Of a stretch of DNA of 61,587 nt, positions 18,192 to 26,641 are shown piece by piece. Position 1 is the first letter of the stretch. The number at the start of each line of letters is the position of its first letter. Source of the DNA: a virus (Duplodnaviria > Caudoviricetes); the IMG/VR virus record IMGVR_UViG_3300043395_002060, positions 1-61,587 of that record, one strand, 5' to 3'. Both the position numbers and the translations under genes were made by a program. The notes under the pieces were generated by a model. The model saw only the letters and a list, made by a program, of their open reading frames with translations. It searched no databases and was not told the origin of the DNA.

Positions 18192-20456
18192 TTATTTATT
18201 ATGAACTAATATTCCGTTTGCGTAAAAATTATGGTTATCTTCAACAGTAAAGATATATGTTTGAGTATCCCCTAAATCCATTTCAACAATATCTTTAATA
18301 GCCGTTTGTGATTTTGATTCATTTACAAATACTAAATCACCTACTTTTATTTGTCTAACATCTTTTCCAATATTATATCTACTATTTGTTAAGAATGGAG
18401 CGTAAGATGCTAATTCACCATTTCCACCTGCTACAAAGAATGGGTGGTCATATGTACATATAATTTCAGTTTGATTAGCAAATACATATTTAACCATATC
18501 ATCATGTATTGGAGTTTTTACACCAACAACTTTTTTAGATTCGTTTTCTATTCCGTTAAATGATAATACTTCATCACCAATAACAACATCTTCAATATTC
18601 TTTTCAGAACCATCTGCCATTGTTACTTTAGTTCCGGCTACAAAACAAGAACCTCCACCATATTTAAAATTATGAACCAATATACCTTCTGCAAAATATG
18701 TGTGATTATCTTTAACATCTAAAATGTGATACACTTCCACTTCACCACTCAAATCTTGTCTATCTACAATTACTGATTCTGATTTATCTTTCTTAATTAC
18801 AATATCGCCTTTTAAGATATCTTGCGCTGCTACCCAACCTTTTCCTTTGATATAGAATTTATGTAAAGGAGTTGATTTAACAACTGAACCATCACCTGTT
18901 TCTAATTGAATTAATAAGAATTCTTTTTTCTTTAAAATATTTCCAATAGAACCTTCTGCTAAAACACCTGTTTTTTCGTTGTAAGTTAATAACTTATCAT
19001 CGGTTGTTAAATCTTCAATGTTCTTTTCAGTACCATCTGCTAAAGTAATTTTAGTTCCAGCTGGGAAACAGTTGTGTGTTACAATTTTAACACTTAATTC
19101 ACCATTATATAAGAAGTAAGTATCACTTGATTCAACGTCAATAATGTGAGTATGATAATCTCCATCTAAAATTTCACCAATTACCGATTGGATTTCGACT
19201 ACACCACCATTCAAATTGATAAGTTTGTGTTTGGTTTCATCTATTTCAGAAATAGTTTCGTATCTTAATACATCTTTTTCAATATCATAAATCAATAAGT
19301 GTGCTCCACCCGATGCTCTAAAATCAGAGCCATCTACCATTGTTATGTGAAATATAGTATTATTTGATAATTCTTGCTGAATATTATTTACAACAACTGA
19401 AGATGTTTCATATGAACCTGATGGTAAATCAGAACCACCAAAAGACCATTGCATGAATTCCGAAACAACATCAGTATCAGGCGCACCTTCTATAAAATAA
19501 GATTTCAAAGATGTACCAACCGATGCACTACATATTAATACAGGCGTACCATCTTCTTTAACGATTGATTCCTCTTCAAAAATACCACCCCAGTTATTAA
19601 CAGTTGCAAATTTAGGATAATTAGTTGTTAATTCATAATAATGTTTAATATTTGATTGATTAACAAATTGCTCATCATTAAATTCGATAGATGTTGGTTT
19701 TTCAAATAATCCTTCATTTATAAAGCTACCAAATGTAATTACATCCAAATTAGAACCATAAATAGCATTTACAGAACGAATACTTTTAACTTTAGTATCG
19801 GCAGGATTTTCATAAAACTTTATCAACAAATTATTTTCGGGAAAAGATGCCTTTAAACCATCATATCTCGATACTTCGGATAAATTTGAATATCCTATTT
19901 TGACAAATTTAATAGAACTATTAACGTTTGCGTTTAAATCTTTAACAGCCACATCCGGCATTGTAGATGAATTAAATTCTAATGGTAATATATCAGTAAC
20001 ACCCGTTACAGATGATGAAACATAGTATTCAACAATTGAACCGCTATCTCCATTTGAATTAAATAAATCTAAAGGAGCTAATTTATTTTTTGCATATTCC
20101 GAATCAAAAATAGCTGATTCATCATAAGCCAATCTTAAAATAAATTTATTATCCGAATCAGCAATAGTATTTGGATATATAGTTGTATCTTCTTCTAAAT
20201 GATTTTGAAAAAGAGTTATAAACGATGCATTATCTGCTATACTTTGAGATAAAGCATTTATAAATCCACTTTGAAATGATTTAGATATAGTATGTACTTC
20301 GGTTATAGAATTTTGATTCAATACATCAATAAACGATGTAAAATCTAAATTAGTTAAACCACCCGGCGCTATAGCTGTATCGGTATTTATTTCCATTAAA
20401 CGAAGATTTCCATTAACATCTTCGATGAAATCCATTGAAAAAAGAGTTCCTTTCAT
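18192..20456 (-). CDS. protein with N-terminal ATP-grasp-like motif and three tandem Hint (intein-like) domains
   Basis: CFPAGTKITLADG...VHN and CFVAGTKVTMADG...VHN, plus an in-register degenerate GIFEEESIVKEDG...THN; N-terminal MDF...LRLMEINT. Confidence 0.85.
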   Translation of the reverse strand: MKGTLFSMDFIEDVNGNLRLMEINTDTAIAPGGLTNLDFTSFIDVLNQNSITEVHTISKSFQSGFINALSQSIADNASFITLFQNHLEEDTTIYPNTIADSDNKFILRLAYDESAIFDSEYAKNKLAPLDLFNSNGDSGSIVEYYVSSSVTGVTDILPLEFNSSTMPDVAVKDLNANVNSSIKFVKIGYSNLSEVSRYDGLKASFPENNLLIKFYENPADTKVKSIRSVNAIYGSNLDVITFGSFINEGLFEKPTSIEFNDEQFVNQSNIKHYYELTTNYPKFATVNNWGGIFEEESIVKEDGTPVLICSASVGTSLKSYFIEGAPDTDVVSEFMQWSFGGSDLPSGSYETSSVVVNNIQQELSNNTIFHITMVDGSDFRASGGAHLLIYDIEKDVLRYETISEIDETKHKLINLNGGVVEIQSVIGEILDGDYHTHIIDVESSDTYFLYNGELSVKIVTHNCFPAGTKITLADGTEKNIEDLTTDDKLLTYNEKTGVLAEGSIGNILKKKEFLLIQLETGDGSVVKSTPLHKFYIKGKGWVAAQDILKGDIVIKKDKSESVIVDRQDLSGEVEVYHILDVKDNHTYFAEGILVHNFKYGGGSCFVAGTKVTMADGSEKNIEDVVIGDEVLSFNGIENESKKVVGVKTPIHDDMVKYVFANQTEIICTYDHPFFVAGGNGELASYAPFLTNSRYNIGKDVRQIKVGDLVFVNESKSQTAIKDIVEMDLGDTQTYIFTVEDNHNFYANGILVHNK

Positions 20457-20482
20457 ATTTTATTGTTTGAATTATTTCTTAT

Positions 20483-20490
20483 ATAAATAT
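20483..20490 (-). promoter_or_regulatory. putative phage late-promoter motif ATATTTAT
   Basis: ATAYTTAT recurs closely upstream of starts at 3078, 12359, 20483, 23662, 49738, 52692. Confidence 0.45.
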
Positions 20491-20516
20491 GTGTTTTTGA
20501 TTTTAAACTACCATAT

Positions 20517-20747
20517 TTATTCTACTTTATCCCACTTCTTTAAATCACACGTTCCTTTTTTTGGTGTAAATATTTTCTTACCTATCGGACACCCACATTC
20601 ATTACATTTATAAGTAAATACAACGGATTCTACCATAGAATCGCAAGTTGTACATATGGATAATCTTTTTTGAGCAAGTTTATTCTGCTCAAGCGTTGGA
20701 TTGCTCGCTATTTTCCAAGCGGCGTATATTTCTTTTATATCTATCAT
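20517..20747 (-). CDS. small Cys-rich metal-binding protein
   Basis: RLSICTTC...CNECGC...K......CDLKKW. Confidence 0.7.
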   Translation of the reverse strand: MIDIKEIYAAWKIASNPTLEQNKLAQKRLSICTTCDSMVESVVFTYKCNECGCPIGKKIFTPKKGTCDLKKWDKVE

Positions 20748-21060
20748 TTTTCTTCTTTTCAATATATTTCATTATACGAATTATATCTTTACACATTTCA
20801 TACTGCTCCCTATCTATTAGGGTATTCTTTATCCATTCTAAAACTTCGACATATTCTTCTTTAGTAAACATAACATATGCCGGAATTCCTTCGAATCTAA
20901 ACATAATTAGTTCGTTGGCGTTTTTATTTCCCTTAAAATTATCGATTAATGTAATAATTGTTGAAAGGTTATCATTTGATAAATGTACACGATTTACATA
21001 ATCAAACCAATTGAGTCTGATATAGCCCTTTTCTAAAGTTTGTAGGAATTTACTGTTCAT
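20689..21060 (-). CDS. hypothetical protein with UVR-like helical motif
   Basis: EQYEMCKDI, similar to EEYEKCSKI in 37865..38164. Confidence 0.6.
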   Translation of the reverse strand: MNSKFLQTLEKGYIRLNWFDYVNRVHLSNDNLSTIITLIDNFKGNKNANELIMFRFEGIPAYVMFTKEEYVEVLEWIKNTLIDREQYEMCKDIIRIMKYIEKKKNDRYKRNIRRLENSEQSNA

Positions 21061-21109
21061 AACGGAGAGGATAGTATATTAGTATATACATATATATACT
21101 AAATTAAAA

Positions 21110-21742
21110 TTATCCGATACCCACATATTTTTCCGTTTTTATTTTAGAAATACACCATTGAGCAAAATCACATTGCCCTCTTTCCGACCAATGATAATCC
21201 ATTATTTTATCATTCGTTTCATCGCTTATTCGTTCATATGTTATTTTTGGAATGCCCCAATCATAATCAGACCAAGTTGAATTTATAAAGATATTTGATT
21301 TAAAAGTATGCTTTAATAGATTTATCCAATTTTGAACTTCTTTTTTATAAAGAATATGATTTCTATTAACAAATATCTCATTAATAGTTCTTTCGCTTAT
21401 TTCATTTGGTATCAGATTATCCTTTTGTTTTAATTCGAAACTACCCGGTTGTATCGAAACCCATTTATCCAATCGGTGATTTACTAATCTAAATCTACTT
21501 AATCCACTCCATAAAATAATAACAATATCATTTTCTCCAATGGAATTCACATTTTGACAAACCGATTCAAATATATCAGCATTGGAAAATCCTGCTTTAG
21601 CAAAGTTAAAAGACTTGATTCCTAACTCTTCTGAAATTATTTCTGAATAGGTTTTTGGTATATATCCTTTCCATATGGAATAGGGTGAATTGGTTTTCCA
21701 ATTTTCGCTAAAAGAATCCCCAAATACAAATAATCTTTTCAT
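21110..21742 (-). CDS. SGNH/GDSL-like protein
   Basis: FGDSF, NFAKAGFSN, WS...R, DYHWSERG; related to 5975..6751. Confidence 0.7.
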   Translation of the reverse strand: MKRLFVFGDSFSENWKTNSPYSIWKGYIPKTYSEIISEELGIKSFNFAKAGFSNADIFESVCQNVNSIGENDIVIILWSGLSRFRLVNHRLDKWVSIQPGSFELKQKDNLIPNEISERTINEIFVNRNHILYKKEVQNWINLLKHTFKSNIFINSTWSDYDWGIPKITYERISDETNDKIMDYHWSERGQCDFAQWCISKIKTEKYVGIG

Positions 21743-21906
21743 AGGATTAAATATCATCGAACAACCAAAACATTAATCTAACCCCTAAAATCAGAGCTAT
21801 AATAAATAATCCACATAAGATGATTACCTCTAACATTTGGTGGGGGGTTGGGGGGCCAGTCGTTTTTTAAAGAAATTTTTTTCTTATCTCTATTGATAGA
21901 ACCTAT

Positions 21907-22170
21907 TTATTTTCGTTTTAAGCGATTCCACTTCCAATTGGGATAATATACCATAAATCCCAAAATGAGCAAAATTAACCCCAAAAGAATGAACGGAATC
22001 ATCATTACGCCCATTATTATGTTAAATAGGAATTTTAAAGTGAGTTGTATATACCCACTACCCCTACTATTAACCAAAATACGTTTAATAAAATGTAAGG
22101 TCGGTTGTCTCTTTCCCATGCGCAATAAGTTAAAATGCCGGCATCGATGGTATTCCATATCCACATCCAT
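21907..22170 (-). CDS. small membrane protein (true start probably internal)
   Basis: hydrophobic C-terminal half with basic tail. Confidence 0.35.
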   Translation of the reverse strand: MDVDMEYHRCRHFNLLRMGKRQPTLHFIKRILVNSRGSGYIQLTLKFLFNIIMGVMMIPFILLGLILLILGFMVYYPNWKWNRLKRK

Positions 22171-22301
22171 AAAAATGGAGTATCTTTATTTAAAATAGAT
22201 AGCGTACCAAAAGCAAGAACTCTCATTACCACTCCTATTCCTTCCAATAATTCCAATGTCTTATCGGACTTGATTAATTTTCCTTTAGATTGTTGTTTCA
22301 T
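22035..22301 (-). CDS. small multi-TM protein
   Basis: three hydrophobic segments. Confidence 0.6.
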   Translation of the reverse strand: MKQQSKGKLIKSDKTLELLEGIGVVMRVLAFGTLSILNKDTPFLWMWIWNTIDAGILTYCAWERDNRPYILLNVFWLIVGVVGIYNSL

Positions 22302-22307
22302 AAACTA

Positions 22308-23366
22308 TTATTTTTGTTGTACAGCTCCTTTTTGAATTTCTCTAACAAAGTTATCCCATCCTCCCTTTTGTTGAACATAGGATGTAATACCACCCGCTTC
22401 GGAGATTTTCTCATTCAAACTCTTTTGAGTGGTTTTTAGGGCATCGGTTTCTATTTTAAGTGCTTCAGCGGATTTCTTTGCCAATTGTTGTGTTGCTTCC
22501 GTTTGAGCATCTACCGCAATATCTTTAGGGGTTTGTTCTACCACTTTAACTGCGGTTGCGGAATCCGTTATGAATGAATCTACGGATTGTTCCTCATCGA
22601 TAGTTTGAGCAACGACCCTTTCGAATTTCTTAACACCAACGGATGGTGGGGTATCTCCTTTATAGAAAGTATTTTTAATTGCAGTGAAATCGGCATTTAA
22701 TAGATTTAGACGGGAATTGATTTCCTTTAAAAAGGTATCCAATTTCTTTTGGTCAAACTTACCATCTTCTTGCGCAGTAGCAACGTTTATAGGTTCAATC
22801 GAATAAGCCGATGGATTGGCAAGTTTCCAATCCCATATAGCAAATGAATCGCCCCTTTTATCTATCCCATCGGTTAGTGTCCAATCGATTTGGTTAATAA
22901 GGTTAATAGGAACTCCTCCTTCCTTCTCACCTTCGAATAACCACTCAACGGATTCGACACCCGCAAAAGAATTAGTATTCTTCATCTTTTTAGAAGAAGT
23001 AACAAGCCCATTAGTATCTAATGTCAGTATAGGGATAGTCTTACCTATGGTTACTGATTTATCCTTTATAGTGATAGAACCATTAGATAGTATAGAGAAG
23101 TGTGGGTTCTGAAACTCCTTTATAGAATCCAAAGTCTTTTGAGAACATAAGTATTCACCTGAAGATAGGGATACGATAACCGAATCCGTCTTTAATAGGG
23201 GTTTAAGGATATCCTCCGATTGAAACTTACCTAATGGAAACTCCAATGGTTTTATTTCACCTCCCTTATTAGAGTTGGGTGAATCCGCAATAGAACTCAC
23301 CTTAAAGGTCTCTTCTCCTATACTATACCTTTGTGGGTTGTTCGTTATATTTTTCGATGATATCAT
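22308..23366 (-). CDS. hypothetical protein
   Basis: 352-aa ORF. Confidence 0.7.
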   Translation of the reverse strand: MISSKNITNNPQRYSIGEETFKVSSIADSPNSNKGGEIKPLEFPLGKFQSEDILKPLLKTDSVIVSLSSGEYLCSQKTLDSIKEFQNPHFSILSNGSITIKDKSVTIGKTIPILTLDTNGLVTSSKKMKNTNSFAGVESVEWLFEGEKEGGVPINLINQIDWTLTDGIDKRGDSFAIWDWKLANPSAYSIEPINVATAQEDGKFDQKKLDTFLKEINSRLNLLNADFTAIKNTFYKGDTPPSVGVKKFERVVAQTIDEEQSVDSFITDSATAVKVVEQTPKDIAVDAQTEATQQLAKKSAEALKIETDALKTTQKSLNEKISEAGGITSYVQQKGGWDNFVREIQKGAVQQK

Positions 23367-23634
23367 TAAATGCTTTCTTATATATAGTTACTTCCTTTAT
23401 ATTCTTTCTACTCTTTTGAGATATTCGATAAACCTCTCTTTGGAACTCCTTATACTTACCCTCATCAATCATATACATAATCATTCCATTCATAGCAGAT
23501 TCATCTTTATCCCGTTTATCCCACTTTTCGGTTATTGATACCCCATCTTCTACCCAAGGGCCGAATATATGTGCCACTCCTATTGATGTTCCAAACTCTT
23601 CCGATATCCATTCAAATACTGAATCTCTTAACAT
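23323..23634 (-). CDS. hypothetical protein
   Basis: 103-aa ORF downstream of promoter at 23680. Confidence 0.55.
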   Translation of the reverse strand: MLRDSVFEWISEEFGTSIGVAHIFGPWVEDGVSITEKWDKRDKDESAMNGMIMYMIDEGKYKEFQREVYRISQKSRKNIKEVTIYKKAFNDIIEKYNEQPTKV

Positions 23635-23679
23635 ATCTCTCTTTCGTTTAAAAGTTCTCTTATAAATATATACGTTCTA

Positions 23680-23711
23680 CAAAGATACGAAAATTAATTC
23701 ACAATTCCTAA
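23680..23711 (-). promoter_or_regulatory. Bacteroidota-type promoter
   Basis: TTAGG-N19-TATCTTTG. Confidence 0.65.
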
Positions 23712-24090
23712 TAGATTTTAAATCGGCTAAGTCCCACTTATAGGGGGTTTAAAGGGGGTTATAGGACGCCTAGTGTATCACACTACTATATAAAAAAGGG
23801 TTTCCACAGCGAAAAAACCGGGCTCGGTATTTAAGCGTACCCGACCCGGCGTGAGCACACGTCCGCTTTCTCGCTTTACGTGAAATTCAGTTGGGGGGGG
23901 GGTCTACCGTTAAGGCATAAGAAAGCCCGTAACTCGCTAAAGCTACGGGCGGATTGTGTTGTAGTTAGATGTTTATCTAATTACTTATTTAACTAACCTT
24001 CTAAATACTATACTATGTTGTTCTTCTTATATACTATATGTTGTTATGTATATACTATACTAGCTGATTTTATTTTTATTAGTGTCCGCA

Positions 24091-24321
24091 CTATGCTTGT
24101 GCAATAGGTGGGTTTAGGATTAGTGATTCCTTTAGATACTCATCTTGCTCAGCTTCAAACGCCTCCGCTTCCTGCTCTATCAGTTTGATTACCTTTAGTG
24201 CGGAACGTAGTTCATTCAAGCGTTTACTGGCTTCCCACTTTGGTTTACCATCTCTCATTGCTCTAATGCGTTTCATAAGGACCGCCTCCGCTTTCTCTAA
24301 TACTACAATTGCTTCATTCAT
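24091..24321 (-). CDS. hypothetical protein
   Basis: 76-aa ORF coupled to upstream gene. Confidence 0.6.
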   Translation of the reverse strand: MNEAIVVLEKAEAVLMKRIRAMRDGKPKWEASKRLNELRSALKVIKLIEQEAEAFEAEQDEYLKESLILNPPIAQA

Positions 24322-24324
24322 ATA

Positions 24325-24729
24325 CTATCTATTTAATTTGTGTTTAATACTTGCCCATAGGGTAGGGTAGTGTTCGTTCTCTGCTCTTATCGCTTCCTTC
24401 TCATAGGGGTTATTCCTATACCCAGTCCTAGCTAATGATTCATCATACTTACTCATCGTTTGTAGCTGATGTTGCCATTCGTGTATGATTGTCTTAATGA
24501 ATTCTTTTATGCTAGGGGTATTGTTATAATATACTATAATCTCGTTGTCCCAATACCTATACTCACCCATATCCTCATCCCCTTCCATGCTCTTATAGAA
24601 CGTAACTACTACATCGTACTTCTTTCTACTATTCACTCCCATATTCCTTCTACACCATGTCTCAGCCATTCTGCCGATGCGTAACGCCTCCGCTCTGCTT
24701 GATATAGGTGATTTCAATGTATATTTCAT
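24325..24729 (-). CDS. zincin-like metallopeptidase
   Basis: TIIHEWQH and NPYEKEA. Confidence 0.8.
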   Translation of the reverse strand: MKYTLKSPISSRAEALRIGRMAETWCRRNMGVNSRKKYDVVVTFYKSMEGDEDMGEYRYWDNEIIVYYNNTPSIKEFIKTIIHEWQHQLQTMSKYDESLARTGYRNNPYEKEAIRAENEHYPTLWASIKHKLNR

Positions 24730-24746
24730 TCAAATAGTTTTAAAAT

Positions 24747-24777
24747 AAAAAGAGTGGCTGTTCGGTACAGCCACCCT
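24747..24777 (-). terminator. intrinsic terminator
   Basis: GGGTGGCTG/CAGCCACTC hairpin followed by TTTTT. Confidence 0.75.
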
Positions 24778-24852
24778 TCAAGTGGTAAACGCTTGTTGTA
24801 AATGTAAATCAATCAATCAATCAGAGAATAACCAAATATACCGAATGCGTTG

Positions 24853-24923
24853 AGCGGTGGGGCAGAATCGAACTACCTCCTTCGACCTGGACGGCCATTG
24901 TGCTACCGGAACACTTCCACCGC
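24853..24923 (-). tRNA. atypical tRNA-Gly(TCC)
   Basis: GCGGTGG/CCACCGC acceptor, U73, GGTAG-TTCGATT-CTGCC T arm; loop CG-TCC-AG. Confidence 0.65.
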
Positions 24924-24952
24924 TTATAGGGGGCGACCTCACCCCCGTTGGA

Positions 24953-25114
24953 TTACTTCACTGCTGAAGTGTCTGCTGCTGGAGCCGCTGTTGTATCAAC
25001 TGCTACTGCTGCTGTATCAACTGCTGTTGAATCAGCTTTAGCTTCAGTTGAAGCGTTACCACCACATGACATTAACCCTACGGTCACCAATACTGCTAAT
25101 AGTACCTTTTTCAT
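24953..25114 (-). CDS. 53-aa lipoprotein (not in ORF track)
   Basis: MKKVLLAVLVTVGLMS-C lipobox followed by Ala/Asp/Thr-rich tail. Confidence 0.8.
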   Translation of the reverse strand: MKKVLLAVLVTVGLMSCGGNASTEAKADSTAVDTAAVAVDTTAAPAADTSAVK

Positions 25115-25143
25115 TGTTTATTGTTTTAGTTTTAAATATAATA

Positions 25144-25175
25144 CAAATATACGAAATTATTTCGATATATACAAG
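25144..25175 (-). promoter_or_regulatory. Bacteroidota-type promoter
   Basis: CTTG-N20-TATATTTG. Confidence 0.7.
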
Positions 25176-25251
25176 CCTTTCGGCAATTATTTTTTAGTTA
25201 AATAGTGGGACCGGCTATATTGGTATCCACCACCGGTCCCTCTATATGATA

Positions 25252-25515
25252 TTATGCTAACATTGCCTTCTTCACCTCTCTCGCCTTCTTCAATGAAGTT
25301 GCGAACTCTGATTGACCAGCTACTCTCACTCTATAAGATACCTTACCACTTCCGTAAGTAATCTTTTGAATGTTAGATACTACAGTCTCATAAGATGTAC
25401 TGCGCTTAGCAGCCTTACGAGTTGTTTTACCTTTAGCAGGTGTGAAGTTAATGTTGTTACCTTTAGCACTCTTAAAAGTAACTGTCTTAGCGGTTTTGTT
25501 TGACTTTGTAGCCAT
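25252..25515 (-). CDS. small basic putative nucleic-acid-binding protein
   Basis: Lys/Thr/Ala-rich N-terminus, SYRVRV motif. Confidence 0.7.
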   Translation of the reverse strand: MATKSNKTAKTVTFKSAKGNNINFTPAKGKTTRKAAKRSTSYETVVSNIQKITYGSGKVSYRVRVAGQSEFATSLKKAREVKKAMLA

Positions 25516-25588
25516 TTTGTTTAAATTTTAATCCAGCGTAGTTGAATAGAGGTCTACGCCTTCACCTCATTATTAATGTTGATTTATA

Positions 25589-25620
25589 CAAATATACGAC
25601 AATTTTTCCGAATTGCCAAA
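25589..25620 (-). promoter_or_regulatory. Bacteroidota-type promoter
   Basis: TTTGG-N19-TATATTTG. Confidence 0.8.
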
Positions 25621-25672
25621 TATTTTCTAGTCTATTTAGAAAATAATTTATAACTCATTGATAACCAATGAA

Positions 25673-25963
25673 TTAACCATCGATACGTTCTGCTAGCTCT
25701 ACTGCAGCCAGTGCATCTTTGTGGGCTGATACAACCCCTTTAACATGCTGATATCCTTTGATATCCAATGCTTTAGCCTCTACTTTATTGGCTTCAAGCT
25801 TCTGAATGAACTTAATAGCGTATTCTTCGTTACCGAATAGCTTTTGAATACCTCTACGTTTGTGGGTAAGCTCGACTAGATTAGTACGTTTCTTACCATC
25901 TTTAGTACGCAGGAACTTCACTTTTGGGGTAATAGTGTAACCTCTTGGGATTTTGTAACTCAT
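25673..25963 (-). CDS. hypothetical basic protein
   Basis: 96-aa ORF beginning MSY. Confidence 0.65.
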   Translation of the reverse strand: MSYKIPRGYTITPKVKFLRTKDGKKRTNLVELTHKRRGIQKLFGNEEYAIKFIQKLEANKVEAKALDIKGYQHVKGVVSAHKDALAAVELAERIDG

Positions 25964-25975
25964 ATCGTTTATGTT

Positions 25976-26131
25976 TTATTTATTATCTAATTGGTCAACC
26001 GCATCAGCATATCCATCGGACCAGCTGTATTCTTTCTCCTGTTCGATTAGTTCTATTAACTTATCGTTGTACTCTGCCGGCAGATTCAATGTGCCGATAA
26101 ATTCTAATGTTTCGTTATCTAAATTAGTCAT
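25976..26131 (-). CDS. 51-aa acidic hypothetical protein (not in ORF track)
   Basis: MTNLDNETLEFIGTLNLPAEYNDKLIELIEQEKEYSWSDGYADAVDQLDNK fills the gap. Confidence 0.55.
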   Translation of the reverse strand: MTNLDNETLEFIGTLNLPAEYNDKLIELIEQEKEYSWSDGYADAVDQLDNK

Positions 26132-26143
26132 ATATAAATTGTT

Positions 26144-26512
26144 TTAATATTCTAAACTAGCCAAATACTCTTTACCTTCAGCAACACCCATATTAGGTGA
26201 ATACTCAATTGTTTCAACTTCTTCGTCAATTGCAACAGGCTCATTAACACGATATAGAACCGGATACTTAACCACTACAGACCACACTTTAGCAATTCGT
26301 CTGAACAAATCTTTTGGTAGGTACTGTGAATTAATAATCAATTCATCGTAAAGGTATCCATCGTATAAACCATACAATTGGTTAATCAATTCCCAACTGC
26401 CGGCACCATTATCGCCTTTAGTACCAAAACGAGCCAAATCAATGATAGAGCCAATCTCACTCAAAGTCTCTCTATCCATATTCTCATGTCGATTAAATAA
26501 ACTATAACTCAT
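26144..26512 (-). CDS. hypothetical protein
   Basis: ORF with likely ATG start at MSYSLF. Confidence 0.6.
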   Translation of the reverse strand: MSYSLFNRHENMDRETLSEIGSIIDLARFGTKGDNGAGSWELINQLYGLYDGYLYDELIINSQYLPKDLFRRIAKVWSVVVKYPVLYRVNEPVAIDEEVETIEYSPNMGVAEGKEYLASLEY

Positions 26513-26641
26513 ATTACTTATTTTTAGGTGATTCAAAAATGGTTTTAATTAATGCATAAACTACTAAAACAATGCCTGAAAGAATAATAGCTTCGAAAAT
26601 TGTAATGTGTGTACCCATATAGGTGAATTTAATTTTAATGA

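Noticed and set aside
18192-20456. Selfish homing-endonuclease inteins
   Set aside because: No LAGLIDADG or HNH insert; +1 residues are Phe and Lys for Hint2 and Hint3; no conserved host protein is interrupted
24360-24367. KOPS-like GGGTAGGG pointing toward the dif-like site
   Set aside because: Single copy inside a CDS, with no opposing copies noticed
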